NCBI GenBank assembly: GCA_964658305.1
Contig: OZ210885.1
Location: 1,178,001-1,242,000, forward strand
Length of the DNA stretch: 64,000 bases
Reading direction: 5' to 3'
Source: Leptogorgia sarmentosa
Taxonomy: Eukaryota
The notes beneath the pieces were generated by a model that was given only the letters and a program-made list of their open reading frames with translations, ran no database searches and had not been told where the DNA came from. The position numbers and the translations under genes are program-made. Shown here one piece after another: positions 42,657 to 56,100 of this stretch (its first letter is position 1; each line of letters starts with the position of its first letter).

Positions 42657-44712
42657 TACTTTATACGCAGTGAATCGTGACAATTGCTTTTAAAAGCGTT
42701 CATCTTGCCGGTTTTGAAAAACGCTTCTGCTTTTATTGATAACAATGTCCTACGTGAAGCCTTGCCACTTAGTTATCACGAAAGATAATTTTTAATTTAT
42801 TAGTAGGACAATGATTATAATTTTAAAAATTTAAAAATATTTGTCTGGTTTGCATAAACCTGTTAAACCTGCTTGAATCCGTCCCCAGCTGATCAACTGA
42901 GGCTCTGAGCTGAGGGTATTTCCCTTGATGTCCTTGTTTCAAAATTTTATCTTTTTGGTTATGGTTGGCAACGATTTGTTTCGTCTGGATTGACATTTAC
43001 CAATCTTCGTCGAATTACTACGAGATTCTTTGTTTTGAACATTCAAAGTCATTTTTTGCTTATCGAAACATTCTCGAAAGAGCGTTGGGGTTTCCCAGAT
43101 CAAAAAGGGGAATTCCAAACCACGTTGGCACCTAATATACATCATTGTTTCAAATAAAGCGACTGGTGAGTAGCTTCAACTGTTGTTAAGGTAAAATATG
43201 ACATGTATGGCAGAAGTATGACTGCACGATTGCATATAAAACAAGACGAGAATGACTTCTTGAATGATTAATGAAATAAGAATCTTTACATAATTTATTA
43301 TGCTATTATTGTTTATATAGTTATGATAAACAGCACTTAAAAGAGCCCCTTATAAGCATGTAGCATTCTCTTTCTTATAGTCAAAGCCGCTACCGAACTC
43401 AGAAATGCGAACGCTTTTATAACTCATGAATTTCACTGAATATTTCGTTAGAATTTGATTGATATCGTAGCATGTATATGTAAGCTAAGGGACGAGGAAG
43501 ATAGACGAGAGACGTCTTCAGTCATATGACTTTATGACGACATTTACGAGCAATGATCCATTTTTTGTAATTAGATGTTATGCATGGCAAAAAGTGACCT
43601 AAACTTATAATCAGAAACGCAAACTTGATGCAAATTTTGAATAATACCGACATGATGGTTGTCATCATGTTGCAACAAGGCCATTCTTATAACAAGGCCA
43701 TTCTCTTGCGGCAGCAAGATGTTGAAACGATATCAAGCTTAGTTGTGGATAAAGAGTCAATTCACCTGGCATCAAGCCTTCGGAAAATTGGCAGCAGACT
43801 TGTCAGACTTGTCGCGAGCAATGCGAACGCATCCTAATATCCGGCAGGATTATTACTAGAACGTACATATTTCTAGCGACTAGTATTGCTGTATGATAGA
43901 AACTTAAGCTTACGGAATATGTTATGGCCAATCCCAACCCCATGAGGGGTATATTCATGTTATTATATTCATGTCCTGCCCGACGGATTTGTTTTGAAAT
44001 TAACTTAAAAACAAGTCATTTCTAAAGAAATCCGTCGGGCAGAACACGATTATATGAGCGTTAGAGATAGACTGTATTGTTTTTGTTTATTATTATTCTA
44101 ATCTTATTAAAATTTAATATGATTTGGTATCTTGCATTTCAATTGTAGTCTTGTTTTGTATATTGATATAGGAGGCCTTAAGAATAGAACGATCAAACGT
44201 TTTACCGAGAGAACGTTATTATCGAGCCATAAGAAGAGCATCTTGTACTATATAGGTAGGTAACAACGTTTTTGTTCATTAGTATTGTGATATAAACGAA
44301 TTCAAGTTAAACCAATAAGAATATAAATATACGAGCATTTTCCCCACAATCAGCATACACCTTCCCCTGAATTAGGCTCTAGTTGCGTAAATAGCGAAAT
44401 TAATCAACAATTTACATTCTAGTTGGTAAATTGGAAGAATTGCGCTACAGCGAACAAGTTGATAGAAAAATGACTAAAAATGTTTTAATTAATATGTTGC
44501 CATGCAGTGTTAGTTCTAATACGAATTATATGAGCACAATACCGTATTATTACCTTTTAATATTTCCGGTAACAAAATGCACAATATCTCTTACCTCGAA
44601 TCAAGGATTGCAAGTCACTTTACAGTATTTAACACCCTATGATTGAAGATACGAATGACTCTCCTCACAAACTCGTACCCAGGTTTTGATCCTCGCCCAA
44701 GGAGGTTGTCCT

Positions 44713-45436
44713 CACTGAGCTATATTATTAATCTGGAGATCAGGCACTCCCATTGAATTAAATATAGTTCAATCGCCACTCCACTGAAAGGTGTCGCCAA
44801 AAACATGGCGGATTTTACGTCACACGTCCCCTATTCTCATGATGGTAATTACTGACCACAGTTGAAGTGTGTGCAGGCGCCGTTTCCAACCCCTCCTGGA
44901 TTTTACTGTACGATTTTATATATAATAAATATATATACTGCAGTGCTGTTTTGATATTTTTTCAAAGAATTGAGATAAAGTATTAAAATTATCTTACATC
45001 TCAAAAATATATTGTTGTATTTGTTGATGTACGCGCCTATAAATACCGAACGCGATTGATTAAAGAGGACAGGAATGGAGCTTACTGCTTGCCTGACGTC
45101 AATGTTGTCAAAGGAGTTGTGACATCCGTAAACATAGCAAAAACGCGGCATGTCGATAATCAACAAAATTCAACGAAATATTGTTTTGAATTTAAAACTT
45201 TGACGTGATGTTAGCTGGTATTTTAGATTTTTAGTATTTTATATTCAGACAGGGGGGTGAGAAAACTGTTCACTTTCGGCAATGTTATTTGGTCAGTGGT
45301 TAGTCCCCTGAAATAGGGGACTTACTACGTCATAATGACGTAAATTTGGCTAAAATCCGCCATGTTTTTGGCGACACTATTTTGTACGGCGAGGTATTAC
45401 GACCTGATCTCCAGATATATTAAGTATAGCTCAGTG
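44713..45436 (-). mobile_element. P-element/THAP-type non-autonomous transposon
   Basis: TIRs cactgagctata...atctggagatcagg and their reverse complement; perfect 8-bp TSD gttgtcct; subterminal inverted repeat gtgtcgccaaaaacatggcggatttta; minus-strand remnant MPRFCYVYGCHNS resembles a THAP N-terminus. Confidence 0.75.
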
Positions 45437-45769
45437 GTTGTCCTCCACAGAGGTTTCAGGAATTCCTGTGAATTCCTTTAAATTTCCGTAGTTTTGGGCG
45501 AGGGAAATCGAACGAAAACCCCACCCGAACACCCAATACGCCGGGGGACGGAAGATCCAACATTCATCAAGACACAGTTATTATATATGGATAGAGTGCA
45601 TTCAGACACAGTTATTTATTTATGGACATTTACTACAATTGTCAATTGTAACAGACCTGCAACGGCGAGCGCTTTTGAAAAGGAATAAAAAGCAGACTGC
45701 AGACATAGAAAGAATTATAATAATAACAACAGTTGGTTTAGGAAAGTTTATTTGAAAGGTTATATGATT

Positions 45770-46265
45770 GCTTTACATGCTTTGGGATGGGAGCCGCTCC
45801 AAACAGAAAAGGAAAAAGCTAAAGCAAAAATGTTGTACAAATTAAACACAATGGGTCCCAAATCACTCACGAATCTATTTTCGTATAATTGTGAGAAAAC
45901 TAATTATCAACTTCGGGACATCTAGTGGGCTTTGTTTACCAAAACCACGCTCAAATAGCATGAAAAACAGTTTTATGTACGACGGAGAACACATTTGGAA
46001 TTCTATACCAAAATAAATTAGGGAAAGAGCAAGTCTCTTTCTTCCTTTCGAAATAAAGTCGCTGCTCACATTAGTGCTTGGAAACTTCTATAAACTTACA
46101 TGTAAATAGTTTAAAACATTTGTTATATCTTTTAAAACTTTAAATTTGTTATTGTAAATATCTTATCATATTAATTATTCTACTTGGAAAATTATTTTTT
46201 GGAACATGCCCCCTCCCCCCGTGGAAATCAGCTACGGTTGACGGGGTCAACGTGGATAAATAAAT
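45770..46265 (+). mobile_element. Degenerate LINE 3' fragment (CR1/L2-like)
   Basis: Frameshifted translation LHALGWEPL...AKMLYK...GPKSLTNLF...YQLR...LCLPKPRSNSMKNSFMYDG..IWNSIP; 3' stem-loop followed by an ataaataaat tail. Confidence 0.7.
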
Positions 46266-46289
46266 ACAGTTATGTTATTTTATTATTTA

Positions 46290-46665
46290 TTTCAAATAAT
46301 TCAAGAGTTTTGATTGGTTAAGAGCAGTGCATTAAAACCTCATATACGATATTATGACGTAATTATGTCGTATATTGAAAATTATATGACATTATGACGT
46401 CAACTAATTTATGCTGCTTATGCCAAAAGCTGAAAAATACAAATAGCTTTCTCAAAGAAGGTTCTTGTGTACAATGCGTTTACCCTAAGTCTGATAAAGA
46501 TACAAATAAATAATAAAACAATTATTGAATTCGGTTCTCGTAGGATATGCTGAATTATTAAGGCCTCGGTTTGTGTTATTTGCCTCAGCCTTCGGCTTCG
46601 ACAAATAACACAAACCTCGGCCTTAATAATTCCTCATATCCTACTCGACCTCATTCAATAATTGT
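46290..46665. mobile_element. Hairpin-centred interspersed repeat; relative at ~15120-16040
   Basis: Palindrome aattattaaggcctcggtttgtgttatttg...gccttcggc...caaataacacaaacctcggccttaataatt; shares ttcggttctcgtaggatatgctgaattattaaggcctcgg with ~15998-16037. Confidence 0.65.
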
Positions 46666-47395
46666 CCCCGAGCCACGGCGCGAAGCGCCGTCCGGGCGTT
46701 AGCCCGGGGCGAGGGTAATAATTCCGCTATAGCGTGTCCAAAGTTCCTCGATTTGGCGGCCATTTTGGGTCAAGGTGTAAGAGCAAAATGCGTAAGGGTG
46801 GTCATCACTGATCTCAAAATTATGCTGGACCATCATGACGAGCCGAAGCTTTTTAAAGGCTTAAAGCTTTTGGAAAGGCGAAAATAAAGACAAGATCTAC
46901 GCTGTAAGACTTGAAAAGCCTTCTCAGAAGATATAAAACGCTGAGAAAGGAGCACAAACGACTACGGATTGAAACACAAGATAAGTTCGTCAATATGTTG
47001 CCGGCAGTGAACTTTTGTTTTGCGTATTTACTATCTACAGTCTACTATTTTCATGAAAGGTCGCCGCAGCCGCATTTAATCTATTCACAGCTCAATTCCA
47101 GAGTATAAGTTTATCGTTTTAAAGGCAAGACTTCACAAAATATTTACAAACTTTACCCCAAAAGAACACGAGCGAACATTGGCTGGAAATTGTTTCATAT
47201 CAAAGACTGACTTGTATATTTTATATTTAAAACGTTTTGTACAAATAAATGTAGTATTTCGCACCAAATTCAAGTTTATATTAGTCTTAATAACGTACGG
47301 ATAACAAATGGTTCTCGAAATTTAAAAAAAAATGCCAATAAAACAAAGATAAATATATGTTATTTGACAGTTTTCAAAAAATACAGAAATATGAA

Positions 47396-48000
47396 CAGCG
47401 CTCTCACAACGAATTTTCAAAATTCCTTAGCGTGAGCTCCGGAATTCCTCAGATATTCCCAAAATTCCTTAAATGACTTGTTTATCCTTGCAACTACCCC
47501 CAAAGTACCCTGCAATCCCGTTCTTTTGCCTCTTGTTTTAAAAACAAGACTCAAATAGTTTGAAAATCGTTAATAAACACAATTTGTGAGGTACCTGAGC
47601 TTACTAAAGTATATACAAGATAAAATGGGATAGAATGAGCGACTTATCATCTCCTGAGCCGGACCGGAAGCGCACATTCGCGCAATTTATCAGAAACTAT
47701 AATTATGTAAATTAACTATAATCACCATTTTTTAAATTTTAGTTTGCTGTGACATGTGTTTCACAGGCATTTTACAACTAAGATAAAGAATTACTTTATT
47801 ATTAATTAGTAATTCTTTAGCTCAGGGCATTTTACCAAAGGCTTTTCTCACTGAGCTGAAGAATTACTGGAGAGAGTGGCTTTTCTCGAAATATTAAAAT
47901 TCCTTAGAAAATTCCTTAAAAATTGAATTCCTTAAAAAAATCCTTAGAACTTTGCTAAATTCCTATTTCTGAGGAAAAATCCTTAGAAGTGAGAGCACTG
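47396..48000. mobile_element. hAT-type MITE
   Basis: TIRs cagcgctctcac / gtgagagcactg; perfect 8-bp TSD aatatgaa; internal aattcctta subrepeats. Confidence 0.85.
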
Positions 48001-50127
48001 AATATGAATTCCGATCGTGTTGCCATGACAACAACCTCGGGCAGCCTTTGAAGTACTTCATGTTCCAAAAATATAATTGCATTAATTGGTTAGTAAGGCG
48101 AGGGGTTGCTGCATGTATGTATTTCTAGTTTATTATTATATGGCTGACATAAATGGCGCACGCTGATTGGTTGATTAGCGGTCCGGAAAAAGTCATCTTG
48201 CCCGCTCAGGAAAGTCATCTTGCCCGCTCAGGAAAGTCATCTTGCCCGCTCGTGAAACTATTATACAAATTAAATTTTTAAGGAAACTAAATCTTATTAT
48301 GCCGTACGGTGACGTTGAAGAACACTCCCCGATTGAATTTTACTGTCCCAGAAAAACACACGATCCAAAATGCTGAGTTTTAAAGTGAAAATAACGGCGA
48401 ACAAAACAACAGTTCGAAAACTGTTGCGAACATTGTTTTCACAGCACTTAAATGGCTTCATTTCGCATCGAACATTTGTTGTTTATCACGACATTTACAT
48501 TGTATTTCTTTATTCAATTTTTTCCTTTGTTGTATTTTTATTGTTTTGTTGTAATTGTACAGCAGTGAACGGCGAGAAACCGCCATTCAGTATGCCAGTG
48601 TATACGGCTGAACGTTTCAGCAGCGAAAGTGTTTTCTAGTTCTTTCTACAATGTCAGAACAAATTGCGATCGAACAAAGCCATATAATAAATCCCTTATT
48701 AACCTCGTTTTCTCGGTCTGTACGGGAAAGTATTGCCTTCGGTTTTTAACGCACAGACCTCGCTCCTTCGTCGCTCGGTCTGTACGAAAACCCTCAGGCA
48801 ATACTTTCCCGTACAGACCTCGCACTCGGTTAATAAGTCCTTATTATTTTTTTCCGGTCCGTAACTCCCGGTCCGTAACCTAAATAGAGCTTTCTGATTG
48901 GTTGGCTGTAGATACAAATATAGTCAATGTTTTTGTTTTTTAAAATTGAATGGCTGCTTTTTAAAACAGTCAAAACGAATTTAGGCGATAAAGAACACAT
49001 GAAAGTTCATTTTATTATGCTAAGGGATATTTTAGGGGGTATTTACAGCGACAAAAACTCATAAGTATCAACAAAGTCTCATCAGTATGAACAAAACAAA
49101 ACATTCTCGGCGAAATATTTCGGTGTCTAAAGCGTATTTTAACCATGTTTGTATCGTGAAACGAACGGGAAAATAAATAATTTTAATAAGTTTACCTTTT
49201 TCGTAGTAATGTTTAGTGGGAAAGCGTCAATATTGAAGCAAATGCGTCAATATTGAAGGGTTTTTTCTCACTTCGCCTTGGCTGTTTAGCAGCCATACTT
49301 GCGATAGAGTAGCAAAGTAAACAAACAAACTGATCTCAAAATCTAGTTCGCAACACTGGAATTTTTGACGAATTTTATCATAACATCGAGGGAAAAAAAA
49401 TAAATAAGTTATTTACCATTTAGGTCGGTCCGTACTGGAAAATATTTTGTCTCGGTCTCAAAAACGTCCCTCGGCCATCGGCCTCGGGCCGTTTTTGAGA
49501 CCTCGACAAAATATTTTCCAGTACGGACCTCCCAGCTGGTAAATAACATATATATATTATAGCTTGGCGCACGCAATGGAGGGTTGGGATAAAATGCGGA
49601 AGCGGAATGGCGGAAGCGGAATGGGGGTGAATCAAACGCGAGTTGAGGAAATTGAACAGGCTTCTTTAAAAATTATTGAAATCCATTCTACAACTCATTA
49701 TAATGCACACCCTACTTTTAATATCGTTTAACACTTCTTCTAGGCAAATTTATTTAATAGTTAAATGAACCATTAGTATATACCAACTTATGAAAATTGA
49801 TATTTAAATTGATATCGTGGGCGTCGCAAATTTGAAAATAAATTTAATGACGAGAAATGACCATGTGATCGATATCTTCGTGGAAAATATCTCATTATGT
49901 ATTTTTCATAATGAGATATTATAATGATTTTTTATACCAATATCTAAACTGGTAGTTGGCCAATACGTAGATTTTCACAACACAGTTTTTCTCAATATTT
50001 GCGAATTACAGAAGAAGCCTACCACTCACAATGTATAGGTGCTTTCCACCTTAAAACTAATAAATTTCCTTTTTATTTTCTAGATCAGTATTTGTACGTT
50101 GAAATCATTTCTAAATATCTGCGTAAC

Positions 50128-53100
50128 ATGAGTAGTGGTCGTGCAAAGTTAGACGTCGCCTCTGAAGAGCGAAGTTTAATCACATGGCTGCAATATATTA
50201 TACATGTAGGGAAAGACGTACCTGACACACTGGAACGTGCCTTCAGAATTTTCCGTTTTGATGTCAACAACCAGACAAAAACCGAGTTACTAACGTGTAT
50301 ATCCAGGGCAAAAGCTACATTTCGGACAGTCTGCAATTCATTAAGTTTGTTCGAAAGGTATCTCAAATGTCCCAGTCAGGAAAATTCCACGCTGTTGCAG
50401 CTGTCGTTTGGTCAAGGAAATATTTGTGAACCTAACGATCCTTTTTCACCAGAAAACGTGGACAATTGTTCAGATATCCTACCATATATTCTAAATGTCG
50501 AGTCTTCCTCGTGCCTCTACTTTGAAACTGGAACAAATAAAGCTAACGATTTCACGAGGGAATATTCAACAGATCAAGAACGCGCAAAAGAAACCAGTCA
50601 TGTCATGCAAGAACCAAACGTGGAGGAAGATGACTATCGTTCCCTCCGAAAACAAATGGAATCACTAGAAATGAAAAACCATCAGTACGAAGAAAGTTTG
50701 TTCGAGTTTGGGAAAATTCTTGTTGAAGAAACTGCAAAAAGAAACCAAGAAAGAAAGTTAGAATTCTTGAGTAAGATATATCATTCCTCAACATCTGGAG
50801 CTAAACAATCTCTCGCGTCCAGCAGCCATGGCAGATTTTCTCCGTCACAGATTGTCCACCCTCCGCTGGTCAAAGAATGTGTTGTATCGTTTAGCGGTGA
50901 AAATCCAACCAATTGTAGACCTGATTCCCGAAATAGTTCGAACAGATTTACTGAAGCTCAAGCCACAAATGAAAATGTTGTTCTTGCCAACCAATTAAAA
51001 ACCTCAAATCAGCAGAATCCAAGAGGAGCTGAGGCCATGGTGAAAAAACGTAACCATCAACTGGAAAAAGACGTGGGTTCAAATGTACCAACATCAAAAG
51101 GAAATGCAAAGAATGAAAAGGATGAAGCTGCAAACATGACAAGAGGTAGTGACCTGCCTTCAACATCACAGCAAAGTTATGATTTATCATGCGCCGATGA
51201 GCGGGATGATTCTCGCATGCAGAGCTCATCCCTTTCCACAATACAACCATCACCAGTCGCAACAACTTTGTACAACAACTACAAGCTCCTGTTGCTAACT
51301 TTGGCTCAAACACTTCTTTCCTCTGACGTCGTGATGCTAAAAGATTGGGCAGCTCAGAATTTTTCAATCGAGAATCCTCAGAATGCTACTGATGTTCTCT
51401 TTCAACTTGATGAAAAGCGGGTCATCAATGCTTCAGACTTGAGTCGACTGTCTGACTTCTTCGAGTCCATTAACAGATACGATCTTGTGCACATCATCGA
51501 TGCATTTCTTCTTGGTGATTATGACTTACTTCGTCAAACTCCAGCTTCTGAAACACGAAATGGAAGTGGTGCACAGAATTCGCAACATGGAACCATGGCC
51601 ACTTCAAGAAATTTGAACCCCGGGCAGTTATCAATCCATCCAACTGCTAGTGATGCTTCACAAGGAAGCGAAGGAAGAAATCCCACCACGTCGAGACCAC
51701 CAGAAAACAGCGGCGGAATATCAAATTCTGTTCTCCAGCAAACAGAACAAACAGAACAAACAGCTTTCCAAAATTCGTCAGAAGAAATCAGTATGTGTAA
51801 CCCTGCTGCTGTCAGCTCTCTTGCTCGTGGTAAGTGTGTTTTATTGTTGCTATAGACTGCGTTGGCTAAAAATATGGTCGCATGTTGATGCATTAACCAA
51901 AGCATAGTGACAGTATTACCAAAACCTTTTTGCCAACGTACTCTAGCTATCAATAGCCGTCGTAATAAAATATTTAATGTTTTAAATGGATATTTAATGC
52001 AAATGTTTTATTGTTATTTTTTGACAGGGTGTAGAGGAACAGCTGGAGGACATTCTACATCTAATTTCCTGAATGTTGGCCCATCCCAGAACGAAGATGT
52101 TGTTCAGGAGTTCAATTGGTTATGTAGTCATTACAAACGGGATTGTTTAAGCCAATTTGAATGCTGCGAAAAATTTTGGCCGTGTCATCGATGTCACGAC
52201 AACCCTGGGACGTGTAGTCAAAGAAAGCTACAACCACGTGACACGAAGATGGTTAAATGTAAACAATGCAACAAAGTGCAAAAGGTAACCGAAAATATAT
52301 TACGATAAGAAAATTAATATCAAATGATAAGATGTTAAGGTGAAGGGTTTTTCAAATTTTGTACTGACTGCATGAAACAAAAAATAATGTATTCTACAGG
52401 GTGTCCCGCAAAAACGTCCCCTCTATAGAAAGCACTCTGTTGTTAATCTCGGGTTATTACACCTGTGGAAATTTTATTTAGCTTCTGACGAACAGCGACA
52501 AAAGCGCGTGCTGTTATAAATACTTCTGTCGTTCATGAACCATTCAATTATATTCTCAAAATTATAACAACGCACGTTGGACAATAACAGTGGCGTCGCC
52601 AGCTCGATAAGTGAGGTGGACATATTCATATATTCGTGTTTTGCACAATTAATTTCTTTTGAAATCGATTGTTTTTATGGTCTGCGAACACGAATATATG
52701 AATATGTCCACCTCACTTATCGACTCTGGCGACGCCACTGGACAATAAAAGAGCTGATTTCTATAAAGGTGACTTATTTGGGGGACACCCTGTTTAGATA
52801 TATGAGATGTTAAGCTGATAATCTTTGATAGATCCGTCCCAATGTTGTCATTGTTCAAGCTAGCTAACTTTTTAGAACAAATTACAAAATACTTTTGTAA
52901 TTTCTAGTGAAATTTCGCGTTTCACGGCTTAATTTGTTCTTACTAAAGTTATACCACCACTAAAATTAAATTGAAACTCCACCTCTGGGACAAGGCAAAT
53001 CGTTATATAGCCATGACGTAATGGTAATTGTGATTGGCTAGTTCGGGTCACATGACCCTAATTAAACGCAATGTTGCCCCGCGGGCAACAAGTAAACAAT

Positions 53101-56100
53101 TGTTGCCCTCCCAAAAACAAAATGGCGGCTTTGAACTTGCAAGATTATAAATATTTTTTTCAAGTTTTTTTAAGACTACAGAATCTAAAAGAGACCAAAA
53201 TACACAGCAGGCAACATAAAATGCTGTGGAAATACTCTAGGCAAAATTTTAAATTTAAGTTAAATTATTCAGTTTGTATGGTTTTTATCACCAAATACAA
53301 TTGTTATATAGTTGGTGTCAAAGTTCAATTTTCCTGTTTGCTGATTGGACAAAACCGTATCACGTGCCGGTCCACAAAACGTCATGTTCGCCAACCGGTC
53401 AAAAATCAAAAAATTATTGACCGGGCAACAATTAAATGGGCACAATGCGCATGCGCGTCAACCGTGAAATCCAAAGTTCATTCAATCGTACGATGTTTTG
53501 AAATTTAGTAAAATGTCGACTGCTGTCACTGTTTTTTGCTTTCAAAGTTCACTCCAGTATTAAACCGGTGAATTCATTCATATTTTGACACTAAACTATA
53601 TAACAAAACACTTATTTACTGAAACCTCGAGAAACATTGTGTTTTGTGGCCCCTCGACCGCCATTGTTGCCCTCGGCTTCGCCTCGGGCAACAACGGCAG
53701 TCTCGGGGCCACAAAACACAATGTTTCCCTCGGTCTCAGTAAATAAGTGATAATTGTTGTATGAATATTTTTTATTTTTATTTCGTCGCTAGCTATATAA
53801 CAAAACACTTAAAGTCTGTTCCATTGGGGAATAGTTAACTTTGTTTCCCCTCGCAACTGAATGTTTCCCGAGACGAAAACAAAACTATTTCCCTCGCGAG
53901 CAGACATTAAGTGTATAATTTACGAGTTTCCCGTGTGGATTGCGAGTTTGCGCAATCTGACTGGCATAGACCGAAAATGTAAGAAAATTCTGTAAACTGG
54001 TCAAAAACCTTTTCCCCATTGTTGACAACAAATTCTATGATTAATTTTAGCTATCTTAAAATATTTTTCTTCTAGTTTTCTCCGATCTGCTCTCATTGTC
54101 ATTCAAAATTTGCGCAGTATTATTGTGGATTGTGTAAACATTTAACTGGCACTAATGATCATCCGTATCATTGTGAGAAGTGCGGAATCTGCAGGTTCAA
54201 TATTTCATTACTTTATATTACATACAATTATTGATTAATTACTGAATAATTTACATTTTAGTCATAATGTAGCTTGATTGATTTTCCTTGATATAAGCGT
54301 GCTCAATGGAGAAGTACTGAAGATTCACCGTCACTATATATATAGTGACCTCTCACTGCCAAATAAAACGATGTTAACAGAATGCCCTTTGTCATCGAAG
54401 TCTTTTTATCGTGCAAGTAGCAAGTTCAAATTTAGTGCTGTTAAAATCAATAAGTTTGATAGTTTCCGTCCACGATGATATATTAGGGACCTTAAAATCT
54501 TCAACTATGTACATGCGCCATAGAAATAATGGACCGAAGTCTTTTTTTGAATGTAAATACTCGCCGAAAATATCCATTTTTTTCATCGCTTATTTTCTCT
54601 TGAAAATTTTAAAATTAATATGTTTTGTCCTGAAACTTCACACGCAGTTAGCGACAGTCACGAATTTACTGAAATACGATAAATTTGGTTTAAATGTTGT
54701 TTCAATAAAACAAAATTTACCGAATTCAACCATTTTGCCACCCAAAAATGGCGCATTTAAGGCCTGGTCGCATAGCGTGAGAAAGGCTAATTTGAGTTTC
54801 AAAGTGAATTAACAGACATACAGAAATACACAAATTATTCACAGCAGTCAATTTTTGTTAATTTAGAATTCATCAAGATCGTTCGTTCCATTGTGATGTA
54901 TGTGGTAGGTGTTTTGAAAAACGTTATCGTCGTCTCCACGAGTGCCATGATATGTGCTGCGTTTGTTTGAAGGTAAAATGTCTCAATGGATCTTCGATTT
55001 AAAAAATTACATAGAGTTAGTTTGGTTCCAAAATGACTGTGGTCCGAAAAGTCATTAGGTTGAATTTATTTATATTTGCATTACTACATAGCTAGTACCT
55101 AGTGTATTATCACACATGGTGCGCTGATAAAACATTTTATCTACATAAGAGTTCGATCACACTTTAAAATACGGTATTATAAATTTATCATGCAGTATCA
55201 AAACAGTGGAAAAACTGGAATGTAACAATGAATAAACTGCAACAGCTAGGTTGTCTATTGGCGCGATAACTTTGTCGTTGACGGTTTTTCCAGTGTTTTG
55301 CTGTTGTTGATTCATTCCATCAACATTTCAATGATTTTAATTTTTTCATACCTTTCGACGTCTGACGGTGAATCCCTGCCATTTCGGATTGTTTGGAATA
55401 ATGAAATATTATAATTAAAAGTTCTATCCTGTGAAAACCCCTTACAAATAAATGATAAGTTATGATATTGTCCTGTAATGAAGGGCCGCTACGTTTTTCT
55501 TTATATAGGAAGCCATCACTCAGTCGCTCATGCTTCCATGTCGTCATAAAGTCCACCACAGATGTTTGGCACAAATAACACGAATGAGAATGTGAGTATA
55601 TTCATTTCCTAAATTTATAATATATAGTGGTATCATCCAGAGGCGTAGCGATGGCTGTGTGGTTGGGGGGGTGCACGACTCAAATTTGCCGACAAAATGG
55701 GCCTGATCGGGGTGTGGTCAACGACGTTATCAGCTAAAATTTTCAATGTACATACACAACGCTTCATACTTTATTTGTTACATTAATACTAAATACAACG
55801 CAGTTTTAGTTAAAAATATTTTCCCCACATACCCTGGCCTCGAAATGTGCAGACAAATAATTTGACAGCTGTTCTTCTCTTGCCGACCGACAGAGGCAAC
55901 ATTGAGGGGGGTGCGACACCCCCCCCCCGCATCCCCTCTTCGCTACGTCCCTGGTATCATCAACAGTTACCCACGGATTCTCTCTGTCCATGCATAAACA
56001 TGAAACACAACCCAGTATACTTGAGGTGCTTGAAGTGATTACATTTAAAAAGCCTAACTAATATTTTTTGACGGATTAATTAAGACGACTATTTTTTCCA

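Noticed and set aside
42860..43170. Candidate coding exon between genes A and B
   Set aside because: No recognisable protein motif or consistent splice partners; it may be UTR or intergenic.
49999..50127. Upstream TTG start of the 618-aa ORF in the track
   Set aside because: It crosses a polypyrimidine tract and acceptor at 50083, so ATG 50128 (or an upstream exon) is more plausible. The ORF-track ends at 30273, 51855 and 62224 likewise run into introns.
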